A stretch of DNA of 64,000 nucleotides from contig DVKE01000048.1 in NCBI GenBank assembly GCA_018716225.1, forward strand, positions 166 through 64,165. The letters run 5' to 3'. Source of the DNA: Candidatus Onthousia faecigallinarum (GTDB lineage: Bacteria; Bacillota_I; Bacilli_A; RF39; UBA660). Each line of letters opens with the position of its first letter. Within the stretch, counting starts at the first letter, position 1. A program made the translations under genes and the position numbers. Positions 1 through 8,844 of this stretch are shown here, in pieces. Under the pieces are notes generated by a model. It was not told the DNA's origin. It ran no database searches and worked only from the letters and a program-made list of their open reading frames with translations.

Positions 1-410
1 ACCTTTTGATAATTTCTTAACGCCTCCTTTGTACTAGTCTTTTGATATAATTTTAATAATACTTGATTTAATAAATACGGTGTTATTGCATTTAATTTAT
101 ACATACCCAACTCCTTTTTTATTGCACCAAATGTTTCTTTATACCTTCTTGCAGTTGAATATTTATACTTAATTTCAAAATATTCTTTCATCCAATAATC
201 TAAATAATCAGAGTAAAACATTTCAGATTCTTGTTTTATTCCTCCATTTATAAATTCATTATATGCTTTTTATCCTGCTGCAAATGCTTCATTCTTTGTT
301 CTAAAACCACTTTTAGTAATTTGTTTTCTTTTTCCATTTACTTTACCAACTTCAAAACCATATTGGTATACATTTCCTCGTTTTCTAATATTGATCATTT
401 TCATCATCTC
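1..410 (-). pseudogene. Tyrosine integrase copy 1, N-terminal part; the gene continues beyond the left window edge. It has an in-frame TAA (plus coordinates 270-272) after about 45 codons
   Basis: Minus-strand translation from the ATG at 408-410 gives MMKMINIRKRGNVYQYGFEVGKVNGKRKQITKSGFRTKNEAFAAG*KAYNEFINGG..MFYSDYLDYWMKEYFEIKYKYS. This parallels the integrase N-terminal ORF at 3224-3559 (MLYSEYLDYWMREYFEINYKYS). It has an arm-binding (AP2-like) N-terminal segment. Confidence 0.5.
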
Positions 411-470
411 CCTTTCTATGACCACTATTATTTTACATCAAAAAAAGTATTAACAATTACTGTCAATACT

Positions 471-1361
471 TTATTTATTAGTTAATAAATTATTTTCTTC
501 TTTTACTTGTTTTTGAAGCAACTCTAAATCTTTCATACTTTTACTATTTTGTAATGATTTCATTTGTCTTTTTGCAGATTCATTTAGTCTTATTAATCTC
601 TCTCTTTGGGATAACCCATCTTCAATTAATTCTGCACTTGTATTCTGTAAATTATTTAAAATGACTAAATGTAGTAAATCAGTATAATCTCTAATATTTC
701 CATTTTTAGCTAATTCTGGATTTTTATCTCTCCACTGTTTTGCTGTCATACCAAATAACGCTACATTTAAAATATCTGCTTCATCTGAATAAACGTGTTG
801 TTTTTGACTTTCTGTTAAATTCGGAATTATGCATTCTTTTATTGCATCAGTATGAACAACATAATTAACTTTAGATAAAAGTCTTGTTGCGCTCCATTCT
901 ATTTTATATTGATATGCTTCATTTGTTTTTAATCTTTCAAACTCTTTTATTAAATACAACTTAAATTCAGGAGATAACCAACTTGCAAATTCAAATGCAA
1001 TATCTGGATGAGCAAATGTTCCTTTACTATATTTTCCACTACTTGGGATAATACCAATAGCATTAAAATCTCTTTTCCAACGATTAGGTGTCATAGTGAA
1101 ACGATTGTATCCAACTTCATCAATTTTAATTCTGTGTGATTCCACGGAATTAAAATTTTCATTATTTAGTTCTTCCCATAAACTATAATAATCAAATGAA
1201 TTTTTATTTGACATCCAATTTCTAATTACTCCAGATGGATCCTCAGGATTTGCTTGTTTTGCTAAATCCGTTAAAGAAATATAATTAACATTTTCTACTC
1301 TTAATATACCTATTTTATTTTCTTTTACTACTATTTCAGTTGTTACTGAATCTTTTTTCAA
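471..1361 (-). CDS. KilA-N domain protein (phage antirepressor-like)
   Basis: The motif GTFAHPDIAFEFASWLSPEF matches the KilA-N signature (G.WAHPDLA.EFA.WLSPEF). It lies next to integrase remnants. Confidence 0.75.
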   Translation of the reverse strand: MKKDSVTTEIVVKENKIGILRVENVNYISLTDLAKQANPEDPSGVIRNWMSNKNSFDYYSLWEELNNENFNSVESHRIKIDEVGYNRFTMTPNRWKRDFNAIGIIPSSGKYSKGTFAHPDIAFEFASWLSPEFKLYLIKEFERLKTNEAYQYKIEWSATRLLSKVNYVVHTDAIKECIIPNLTESQKQHVYSDEADILNVALFGMTAKQWRDKNPELAKNGNIRDYTDLLHLVILNNLQNTSAELIEDGLSQRERLIRLNESAKRQMKSLQNSKSMKDLELLQKQVKEENNLLTNK

Positions 1362-1521
1362 TATTTATCTCTCCTTTCTATTTAAATTTTAAAAAATGTC
1401 AACAAATTTATTTTTGTTAACATCCTTTATTTTCAATAAATTTTGTACACTTTTTTCATAATTGGTTGACAAGCAATAAATTTATTACCTTTTCTAATAT
1501 TGATTTTTCCCTTATTTTATG

Positions 1522-1566
1522 CTACTTTCCGCAACATTGTTTATATTTTTTGCCCGAACCACATGA
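1522..1566 (-). other. Divergent duplicate of the secA 3' end (encodes ..SCGSGKKYKQCCGK*), a putative att remnant
   Basis: Minus-strand translation gives GMFSSCGSGKKYKQCCGK-stop. It is about 78% nucleotide identical to the true secA 3' end at 5321-5365 (PCPCGSGKKYKQCCGK-stop), with a shared 11-nt run CATTGTTTATA. Confidence 0.6.
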
Positions 1567-1589
1567 ACTGAACATTCCTATATTTATGT

Positions 1590-1693
1590 TATTTATTGTA
1601 TTTATAGTACTATTTGTATTTATTGTATTCCGGTATCAGGTATCATCTGTATTTATCGTATTTATAGTATTATCTGTACTTATAGTATTTATC
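1590..1693. repeat. About 11 tandem copies of a 9-bp unit GTATTTATN (iteron-like)
   Basis: Read directly: gtatttatc gtatttata gtattatct gtacttata gtatttatc, with earlier gtatttata/gtatttatt copies. Confidence 0.7.
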
Positions 1694-1697
1694 TACT

Positions 1698-1725
1698 GTG
1701 GACTATTTGTGGACATTGACCACAT
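1698..1725. repeat. TGTGGAC(T/A) x2 plus CCACAT motif cluster (reverse-complement of the TGTCCACA motifs at 5196-5262)
   Basis: tgtggacta at 1698-1706, tgtggacat at 1708-1716, accacat at 1719-1725. Confidence 0.5.
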
Positions 1726-1829
1726 TCGTTCACTGAAATAAGTATATCATATTTTTCTTTTTTATAAAATGTGCAAATTTAATAATTAATAATATCTATT
1801 TTTTATAATAATGAAATGTTACATATCTT

Positions 1830-2462
1830 TTATTTAGTTTTTATATTATTATTAGCAATATAGGGTTCATATACGTTTTTATATTTTTCTATTGTTTCAT
1901 CTACATTAAACCAATAAACATTTGTTAATATTCCATCAGATGGATCTACTTCTGTTCTTTCTAATTTACCACCTAATGCTTTTAAAGTTTTGTCTGAGCC
2001 AAGATTATTAACATCGCAATCAAGCATTACCTTTTCTAAACCTACTTTTTTTGCCTCTAACATCCCTAAATATAGATTTATCTTGTTATATCCTTTTCTT
2101 CTCTCTGTTGGTCTAATTCCATAACCTATATGTCCACCAAATCTTAGCATTGCTTCATTCAAATTCCATCTTACATTAATAGTTCCTACAATTTTATTAT
2201 CATTTTCTCTAATTAATAGAAATGTCCTGCCTTGACATCTTCCAACACTTTTAGCATATTCTTCATCTTCCATCTTTAGGCATCTATCAAGTGCTTCTTC
2301 AAAAGTATAGCCATCATAAATTTTATCTAATGAACCAGAACCATTTATATCTGATCCATATTTAACAAATTCATCAAGATATTCAATTATTTCATTTTTT
2401 CTTTCTAGTGATGGTATTTCAAAATAAAATTTTTCCACTAATATCACATCCTTATACATCAA
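1830..2462 (-). CDS. GNAT family N-acetyltransferase
   Basis: 210 aa. It has an acetyl-CoA binding-type segment (RCQGRTFLLIREND..IGYGIRPTERRKGY). It sits inside the putative island. Confidence 0.55.
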   Translation of the reverse strand: MMYKDVILVEKFYFEIPSLERKNEIIEYLDEFVKYGSDINGSGSLDKIYDGYTFEEALDRCLKMEDEEYAKSVGRCQGRTFLLIRENDNKIVGTINVRWNLNEAMLRFGGHIGYGIRPTERRKGYNKINLYLGMLEAKKVGLEKVMLDCDVNNLGSDKTLKALGGKLERTEVDPSDGILTNVYWFNVDETIEKYKNVYEPYIANNNIKTK

Positions 2463-2507
2463 TTATAACATAATTTCTTAAATAATTTACATTTTCAGAT
2501 ATCTTAC

Positions 2508-3736
2508 TTAATTCACATTTGACCTTATACTATTTTCAAATAATTTAATTACTTCATTTTTATCAACTTCTGTACTTCTAATATAATACTTTTCAGTAGT
2601 TTCTATCCTTCTATTTCCTAGTACTTCAGCAATATCTTTTATTTCACAACCATTTCTTAAACTAATAGTTGCAAAACTTCCTCTTAAATCATAAAATCTA
2701 CATTTTACTCCTAATTCATGATGGATTATTTTAAAAGGATATTTAACAATATCAGTTCCAGAATATGTTCCATCTTTCCTAGTAAATACCATATCTACTT
2801 TATTGTGTCTTGAATTACTTTCTACAATTTTATATTCAACTAACTTACCATATTTATTTTTTACTTCCTCTAAAACATGTTTTTTATAATTCTTACTGTA
2901 TTGCTTTTTATAATTATCTTGTATCTTTTTATAGTCTAGTAAAATTTTATATAAAGTGTCACATATATAAATCTCTCTTTGACTTTCAACTGTTTTGGTG
3001 GTACCTAAATACCATCTTCCTATTTCTTCTTTATCTTTTGCATACACAGTTTTATTTATTTTAATAATTCTATTATCTAAATCTATATCATTCCAAGTTA
3101 AAGCAAATACTTCGCCTGTTCTCATACCTGTATAACATGCAGTAAGAAATGCAGTTATAAATACTTTATTATTTTTAAATCTATTTAAAATTAGTTCTAT
3201 CTCTTCATTAGTATAGACATGACCTACATTGTTTTTTTTAATTCGAATGATAATACTCTAGGTATCTGTAAATCTGCTGCTGGATTATATTTAATAAATC
3301 CAAAATAATAAGTAGCATCTCTTAATGAACTTTTAATTACTTTTTGATAGTTTCTTAATGCTTCTTTTGTAGTAGAAGTTTGATATAGTCTTAGTAATGC
3401 TTGATTTAAACTAAATGAAGTAATTGCAGATAGTTTATAGTTACCTAACTCTCTTTTAATATTACCAAAAGATTCTTTATATCTTTTTGCTGTAGAATAT
3501 TTATAATTTATTTCAAAGTATTCTCTCATCCAGTAATCTAAATATTCAGAATATAACATATTACACTCTTTTGTACTTTCTCCACTAATAAATTCTTCAT
3601 ATGCTCTTTTTCCTGCTATATATGCATCTCTTTTTGTTTTAAAACCTGATTTTGATATTTGTTTTCTTTTACCATTTACCTTTCCTGCTTCAAATCTATA
3701 TTCATATAGATTATTTCTTTTTCTAATACTAATAAT
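2508..3736 (-). pseudogene. Tyrosine recombinase / phage integrase copy 2, disrupted by at least two frameshifts
   Basis: The C-terminal catalytic ORF (2508-3125, stop-to-stop up to 3257) has the R..HxxR..Y motifs (HHELGVKCRFYDLRGSFAT..NRRIETTEKYY). The SAM-like N-terminal domain is a separate ORF (3224-3559) in another frame. The junction lies in an A8/T8 homopolymer (3231-3240). The arm-binding N-terminus (GIIISIRKRNNLYEYRFEAGKVNGKRKQ) is out of frame with the ATG at 3734-3736. Confidence 0.75.
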
Positions 3737-3743
3737 AATTCCT

Positions 3744-3777
3744 CATCTCCTTTACAAAAAAATGTTAGCACATACAT
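3744..3777 (-). terminator. Rho-independent terminator of trpS
   Basis: Minus strand reads AAATGTTAG-loop-CTAACATTT followed by a U7 run. It lies directly downstream of the trpS stop. Confidence 0.55.
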
Positions 3778-3793
3778 ACTAACATTTATTATT

Positions 3794-4786
3794 TTAAATA
3801 CTAAGTCCTACTTTTTCTTTTACTATTTCCATTTTTTTAGAAGCATATACTCTAGCCTTATTAGCACCATTTGTTAATATTTCTTTTAAATGCTTTTCAT
3901 CATTTCTATATTGATAAAATTTGTCTTGAATATCTTTAATAAATTTACAAACACTATCAGCAACTTCAATTTTAAAATCTTTATAATTATAATCCTTGTA
4001 TTTTTCATTTGCTTCCTCAATAGTCATATTGTTAACTACACATACTAATGATATTAAATTAGATATTCCTGGTTTATTATTTTCATCATAATAAACTTTA
4101 CCTTCACTATCGGTACAAGCAGACATTATTTTCTTTCTTGTTATTTCTATATCATCTAACATAAATATTGTTCCTTTATCATCCTTTGGAGCAGATTTAC
4201 TCATTTTAATTGTTGGATCTTGTAAGTTCATTATTTTTGCACCAATTTTTGGAATTTGATATTCTGGTAATTTGAAAGTATTACCATAAATATTATTAAA
4301 TCTCTCTCCAAAATCTCTAGTTTTTTCAATGTGTTGTCTTTGATCTGCACCTACTGGTACTATTTCAGCATCATATAATAATATATCTGCTGCCATTAAA
4401 GTTGGATAAATAAATAAGCCCATATCTTTTTCACTTTTTCCTAATTGTTGTTTTTTTGATTTAAACTGTGTCATTCTAGATAATTCACCAACACTACATT
4501 GAAATGACATTAAAAATCCTAAATTACAATGTTCTAAAACATCACTTTGCATAAATAATGCTGTATTTTTAATATCAATTCCACAAGCCATATACATTGC
4601 TGTTATATCTAATATGTTATTTCTTATTTCTTTTGGATTAATATAAGTTGTTAATCCATGAATATCTGCAATAAATATTAAGGAATTATATTTGTATTGT
4701 TGTTCTACAAATCCTTTTATACCTCCAATATAATTTGCTAAAGTTATACTTCCTGTAGGTCTTACCCCAGTAATCATTGTTTTCAT
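3794..4786 (-). CDS. trpS: Tryptophan--tRNA ligase
   Basis: 330 aa. It has the N-terminal class I signature region (TGVRPTGSITLANYIG) and a KMSKS motif. Similarity to B. subtilis TrpRS runs throughout. Confidence 0.9.
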   Translation of the reverse strand: MKTMITGVRPTGSITLANYIGGIKGFVEQQYKYNSLIFIADIHGLTTYINPKEIRNNILDITAMYMACGIDIKNTALFMQSDVLEHCNLGFLMSFQCSVGELSRMTQFKSKKQQLGKSEKDMGLFIYPTLMAADILLYDAEIVPVGADQRQHIEKTRDFGERFNNIYGNTFKLPEYQIPKIGAKIMNLQDPTIKMSKSAPKDDKGTIFMLDDIEITRKKIMSACTDSEGKVYYDENNKPGISNLISLVCVVNNMTIEEANEKYKDYNYKDFKIEVADSVCKFIKDIQDKFYQYRNDEKHLKEILTNGANKARVYASKKMEIVKEKVGLSI

Positions 4787-4799
4787 TAAATTTTCCTTC

Positions 4800-5045
4800 T
4801 TTCTTAATTTTTTATATTTTAAATCAATGATTAATATAACTTACACCATCGTTTCACATATTTTTCCATATAACCATCTCCTTCTTATAAATAAAAAAGA
4901 TTCCAGTCCTAAAAATTAAGACAAGAATCTTGTGCCACCTAATAATAGTTTCATTCCATATACAATCATATATGTTCTCTTGATAACGGGTAGAAACTCC
5001 CGATTTTTCATACTTTAATTAATTTCTGAAAAACTCTCTTTGGTC
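4800..5045 (-). promoter_or_regulatory. T-box riboswitch leader of trpS (Trp-specific)
   Basis: Minus-strand RNA contains an AGAGAG box. It has a T-box-like UAUUAGGUGGCACAAG (reverse complement of 4924-4945), where UGGC would pair with the tRNA-Trp G73-CCA end. A terminator hairpin AGAUUC..GAAUCU plus U6 follows (4888-4930). Confidence 0.5.
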
Positions 5046-5195
5046 CATTCAATATTCATCCATTGCAACTTTCCATCAACCAGTTGCTTTCTATAAATTT
5101 CATAAATATCTACTTCTCCAAATCACTGATTTAAAATATGGTTAGATTATATCACTAAACTTGCATTTTGTCAAAAATCAAAGTAATAAAAAAGG

Positions 5196-5262
5196 ATGTC
5201 CACATTTAAAATGTTGTCCACATCCTTATTTTACTTAGGTTTTCTCCACATTACGTGGACAA
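5196..5262. repeat. Cluster of four (A/T)TGTCCACA-like 9-mers (DnaA-box-like or arm-type sites)
   Basis: atgtccaca 5196-5204, ttgtccaca 5214-5222, ttctccaca 5242-5250, and ttgtccacg on the opposite strand at 5254-5262. Confidence 0.5.
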
Positions 5263-5320
5263 GTTATAAAACTTGAACCAACTTAATTTTTTTGAATTTC
5301 TCATTTTTCCTTATTTTATC

Positions 5321-7807
5321 TTACTTTCCACAGCATTGTTTATACTTCTTGCCACTGCCACATGGACAAGGATTATTTCGACCTATCTTCTTTACTTTTT
5401 TTGGTTGCTGCTTCGTTGCCCCTTTATCTTCATTGGTATGTTGTGTCTTCGCTACTTGCTTTCTTTCCACATTTTGCCGAATTTCCGCTTTTAATAAGAA
5501 CACAGTAATATCCCGATCAATCTTTTGTAACATTTGATCAAATAACTCAAAACCTTCGGTTGTATAAGCACGAAGAGGATCATCTTGACCATATTGTCTT
5601 AAATAAATACCCTCTCTTAAATGGCTCATCCGATTAATTTGTTCCATCCAATAATTATCAATAACTTGTAGAGATAAAGCCTTTTCAAACTCATTACTAA
5701 TTTCAACCGGAACGTCTTTAATCTTCTCCTCATATTCTGCTTTTGCTTTTTCATATAAGAATTCAATCATGTCTTTTTCTTTTAAGGAAGCAATATCTTC
5801 TTCTTTAATATCATGACGGAACAAATTTTGATTGGCAAAATCAGCAATATCATGAGCATCTTTTTCCGAAATATCACCATCTACAGTATGGGATTTTACT
5901 AAATCCATAACATGATTATACATAGAATTTAAAACGGTTTGATGAATAGAATCACTATCTAAAATCTCGTTTCTTTTTCCATACATGATTTCCCGTTGAT
6001 TATTCATAACATCATCATATTGTAATAATTGTTTTCTGGCATCAAAGTTATTTCCCTCTACTCGTTTTTGAGCCGTACTGATTGCCTTCGTAAAAGTTTT
6101 ACTTTGAATTGGTTGATCTCCAAATCCAAAAGATTTCATTAACTCCCGAATTCTTTCACTACCAAAACGTAGCATTAAATCGTCTTCCATGGAAACAAAG
6201 AATTGAGTAAAACCTGGATCCCCTTGTCGTCCAGAACGACCACGCAACTGATTATCAATACGACGAGATTCATGTCGCTCCGTACCAATTACACAAAGGC
6301 CACCCAAAGCTCTAATTTCATCAGATAATTTAATATCGGTACCACGACCAGCCATATTAGTAGCAATTGTTACTGATTTATGTTGTCCAATTTTTGAAAT
6401 AATTTCTGCTTCACGAGCATGATTTTTTGCATTTAATACCTCATGAGGAATATGAGCTTTTTTCAATAAATTACTAATAAGTTCACTCGTTTCAATCGCA
6501 ATAGTACCAACCAAAACCGGTTGTCCTTTTTCATATCTTTCTTTGATTTCTTTAATAATAGCCTTATATTTTGCTTCTTTTGTTGCATAAACAAGATCTG
6601 GTGCATCAATACGAATAATTGGTTTATTTGTAGGAATCTCAATAACATACATATTATAAATATTACGAAATTCTTCTTCTTCTGTTTTCGCAGTACCAGT
6701 CATACCAGCAAGCTTTTTATACATCCGGAATAAATTTTGGAAAGTAATGGTCGCTAAAGTCTTTGTCTCTTGATTAATTTTAACACCTTCTTTAGCCTCG
6801 ATCGCTTGATGTAATCCATCACTATAAGCACGACCTTTCATCAACCGTCCGGTAAAAGGATCTACAATGACAATCGCTCCATCTTGAACAACATAATCAA
6901 CATCTAATTTCATTGAATAGTTTGCCTTTAAAGCTTGATTGATGTAATGAACTAAAGTAGCATTTTCAAGTTCATATAAATTCTTAACATGAAACTTCTT
7001 CTCTGCTTTCTCACTACCTAAATCTGTTAAACTAACACTTTTTGTCGTTTCATCATAAATATAATCCTCATCTTCTTTTAAACTTTTCGCAAAACGATCA
7101 GCATCTATATAAAGATTAGCACTATTCATCTGTCCTCCAGAAATAATAAGAGGAGTTCTCGCTTCATCAATTAAAACCGAATCCACTTCATCCACAATGG
7201 CAAAATTAAGAGGCCGTTGTACTCTATTTTCTTTTCGAATCACCATATTATCTCTTAAATAATCAAATCCCACTTCATTATTCGTAGAATATAAAATATC
7301 ACATTGGTAAGCTTCTTGCTTCTCCTTAGCGCTCATATCTCTTGTATTAACACCAACAGTTAATCCTAAAAACCGATGAATTCCTCCCATCCATTCAGCA
7401 TCACGACCAGCCAAATATTCATTAACAGTAATAATATGAACACCATCACCCGTTAAAGCATTTAAATAAGCAGGAAGAACAGCCGTTAACGTTTTACCTT
7501 CACCAGTTTTCATTTCAGCAATATTACCATAATGAATCGCTAAAGCACCTAAAATTTGAACATAGAAAGGCTTTTCTCCAATAACTCGAAAAGCAGCTTC
7601 TCTTGCTACTGCAAAAGCTTCTACTAAAATATCTTCCAAAATTTCTCCTTTGGATAATCTTTCTTTAAATTCTACTGTTTTATGTTTTAAATCATCATCA
7701 CTTAATTTGCTCATATCATCATCAAGAGCAATAACTTCATCAGCTAACTTTTCAAACCGTTTTAATTCTTTATACTCTCGATCAAACAATTTACTAAATA
7801 TACCCAT
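5321..7807 (-). CDS. secA: Preprotein translocase ATPase SecA
   Basis: 828 aa. It has DEAD-like motor domains and a C-terminal zinc-binding tail CPCGSGKKYKQCCGK. Confidence 0.95.
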   Translation of the reverse strand: MGIFSKLFDREYKELKRFEKLADEVIALDDDMSKLSDDDLKHKTVEFKERLSKGEILEDILVEAFAVAREAAFRVIGEKPFYVQILGALAIHYGNIAEMKTGEGKTLTAVLPAYLNALTGDGVHIITVNEYLAGRDAEWMGGIHRFLGLTVGVNTRDMSAKEKQEAYQCDILYSTNNEVGFDYLRDNMVIRKENRVQRPLNFAIVDEVDSVLIDEARTPLIISGGQMNSANLYIDADRFAKSLKEDEDYIYDETTKSVSLTDLGSEKAEKKFHVKNLYELENATLVHYINQALKANYSMKLDVDYVVQDGAIVIVDPFTGRLMKGRAYSDGLHQAIEAKEGVKINQETKTLATITFQNLFRMYKKLAGMTGTAKTEEEEFRNIYNMYVIEIPTNKPIIRIDAPDLVYATKEAKYKAIIKEIKERYEKGQPVLVGTIAIETSELISNLLKKAHIPHEVLNAKNHAREAEIISKIGQHKSVTIATNMAGRGTDIKLSDEIRALGGLCVIGTERHESRRIDNQLRGRSGRQGDPGFTQFFVSMEDDLMLRFGSERIRELMKSFGFGDQPIQSKTFTKAISTAQKRVEGNNFDARKQLLQYDDVMNNQREIMYGKRNEILDSDSIHQTVLNSMYNHVMDLVKSHTVDGDISEKDAHDIADFANQNLFRHDIKEEDIASLKEKDMIEFLYEKAKAEYEEKIKDVPVEISNEFEKALSLQVIDNYWMEQINRMSHLREGIYLRQYGQDDPLRAYTTEGFELFDQMLQKIDRDITVFLLKAEIRQNVERKQVAKTQHTNEDKGATKQQPKKVKKIGRNNPCPCGSGKKYKQCCGK

Positions 7808-7890
7808 TTTAACATCTCCTTGCTCTCATTATTGTAACAAAAAAAGGGCGCTTTAGAAAGCTTTTCCCTTCATTTTTCTTAAGTTTTTAT

Positions 7891-8418
7891 TTATTCAGAC
7901 TCAATCAATCCATAACCGCCATCTTTTCTTTTATAAATGACATTATCTTTATCGGTATCTACATTTTTAAACAGATAAAACTGATGACCCAAAAGCTCCA
8001 TTTGTAAAATGGCTTCTTCTTCATCCATTGGTTTTACTTCTACCACTTTTCTTTTAATAATCTTATTTTGAGGTTCATCCTCACTAGAAAATTCTGTTTC
8101 ATTAAAGTCGATTACTGATTTTTCCTGACGAGCTTTTAATTTTGTTTTATTTTTTCGAATCTGACGTTCTATCACATCAACCGCTTTATCTACCGCTGCA
8201 TAAAAATCATCTTGATTTTCTTCAGAACGTATAATGAATTTATGTAGTGGTATCGTTATTTCTACAATTTGACGATGACCATGAACCTTGACAACGACAG
8301 TCGCTCTTACTTCATCCTTATTTTCTAGATATTTATCTAGTTTTTTTAACTTTTCCTCAATATAAGACTTCATTGCCTCTGTAACATTCAATTTGTCTCC
8401 ACGTATAATTATTTGCAT
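7891..8418 (-). CDS. hpf: Ribosome hibernation promoting factor (long form)
   Basis: 175 aa with S30AE/YfiA N-domain similarity. It lies upstream of secA as in Bacillus. Confidence 0.85.
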   Translation of the reverse strand: MQIIIRGDKLNVTEAMKSYIEEKLKKLDKYLENKDEVRATVVVKVHGHRQIVEITIPLHKFIIRSEENQDDFYAAVDKAVDVIERQIRKNKTKLKARQEKSVIDFNETEFSSEDEPQNKIIKRKVVEVKPMDEEEAILQMELLGHQFYLFKNVDTDKDNVIYKRKDGGYGLIESE

Positions 8419-8489
8419 AGAATATCACCTTCCTTAATTGAATTATAGCATAAGGGAAGAGAAAAAGCTAGGGCAAGAAAAAAGAACCG

Positions 8490-8708
8490 CTATTCTTGTC
8501 TGGCTGGTTCTTTTATAGGAGTTACATCAACTGCTTGATAGCCCTTGCTTGTTTCAAGCAAAGTAAACTCTACATACTGACCTTCAGTTAACGTCTTATA
8601 ACCCTCACAGTTAATTGTTGAGTAATGAACAAATATATCTTCACCCTTTTTGTAGTCAATAAAGCCATACCCCTTTTCATTATTGAACCACTTTACTCTT
8701 CCAATCAC
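8490..8708 (-). CDS. Cold-shock protein (CspA family)
   Basis: The sequence [24 protein letters not shown] is a classic CSD. Confidence 0.9.
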   Translation of the reverse strand: MIGRVKWFNNEKGYGFIDYKKGEDIFVHYSTINCEGYKTLTEGQYVEFTLLETSKGYQAVDVTPIKEPARQE

Positions 8709-8844
8709 GCTACAATCACCTCACATTCTTTTTAGTCTACCACCTTGTATTTCCAAATGTTGTAAACAGAGCATAACAAAGAACCAAAAATAAAGATAGT
8801 TTTTTTCTTTAAAAAGTCATTTCTTTTCTCTAAATGGCATCTTC

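Noticed and set aside
231-485. 84-aa plus-strand ORF
   Set aside because: It is antisense to the integrase copy 1 remnant, low-complexity and Cys/Phe-rich, with no RBS. It is an artefact of AT-rich sequence.
1466-1741. 91-aa plus-strand ORF
   Set aside because: It runs through the secA-tail remnant (antisense) and the 9-bp iteron array, so its protein is a repetitive IVF-rich artefact.
2810-3064. 84-aa plus-strand ORF inside the integrase
   Set aside because: It is antisense to the well-supported integrase catalytic domain and has low-complexity composition.
5273-5537. Two overlapping plus-strand ORFs (73 and 81 aa) at the secA 3' end
   Set aside because: They are antisense to the conserved SecA zinc-finger tail and have no homology signals.
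7808-7890. Possible hpf terminator hairpin (GGGAAAAGC..GCGCCC plus T7) between hpf and secA
   Set aside because: The stem is imperfect and I could not define the pairing confidently. It is plausible but is not listed as a feature.
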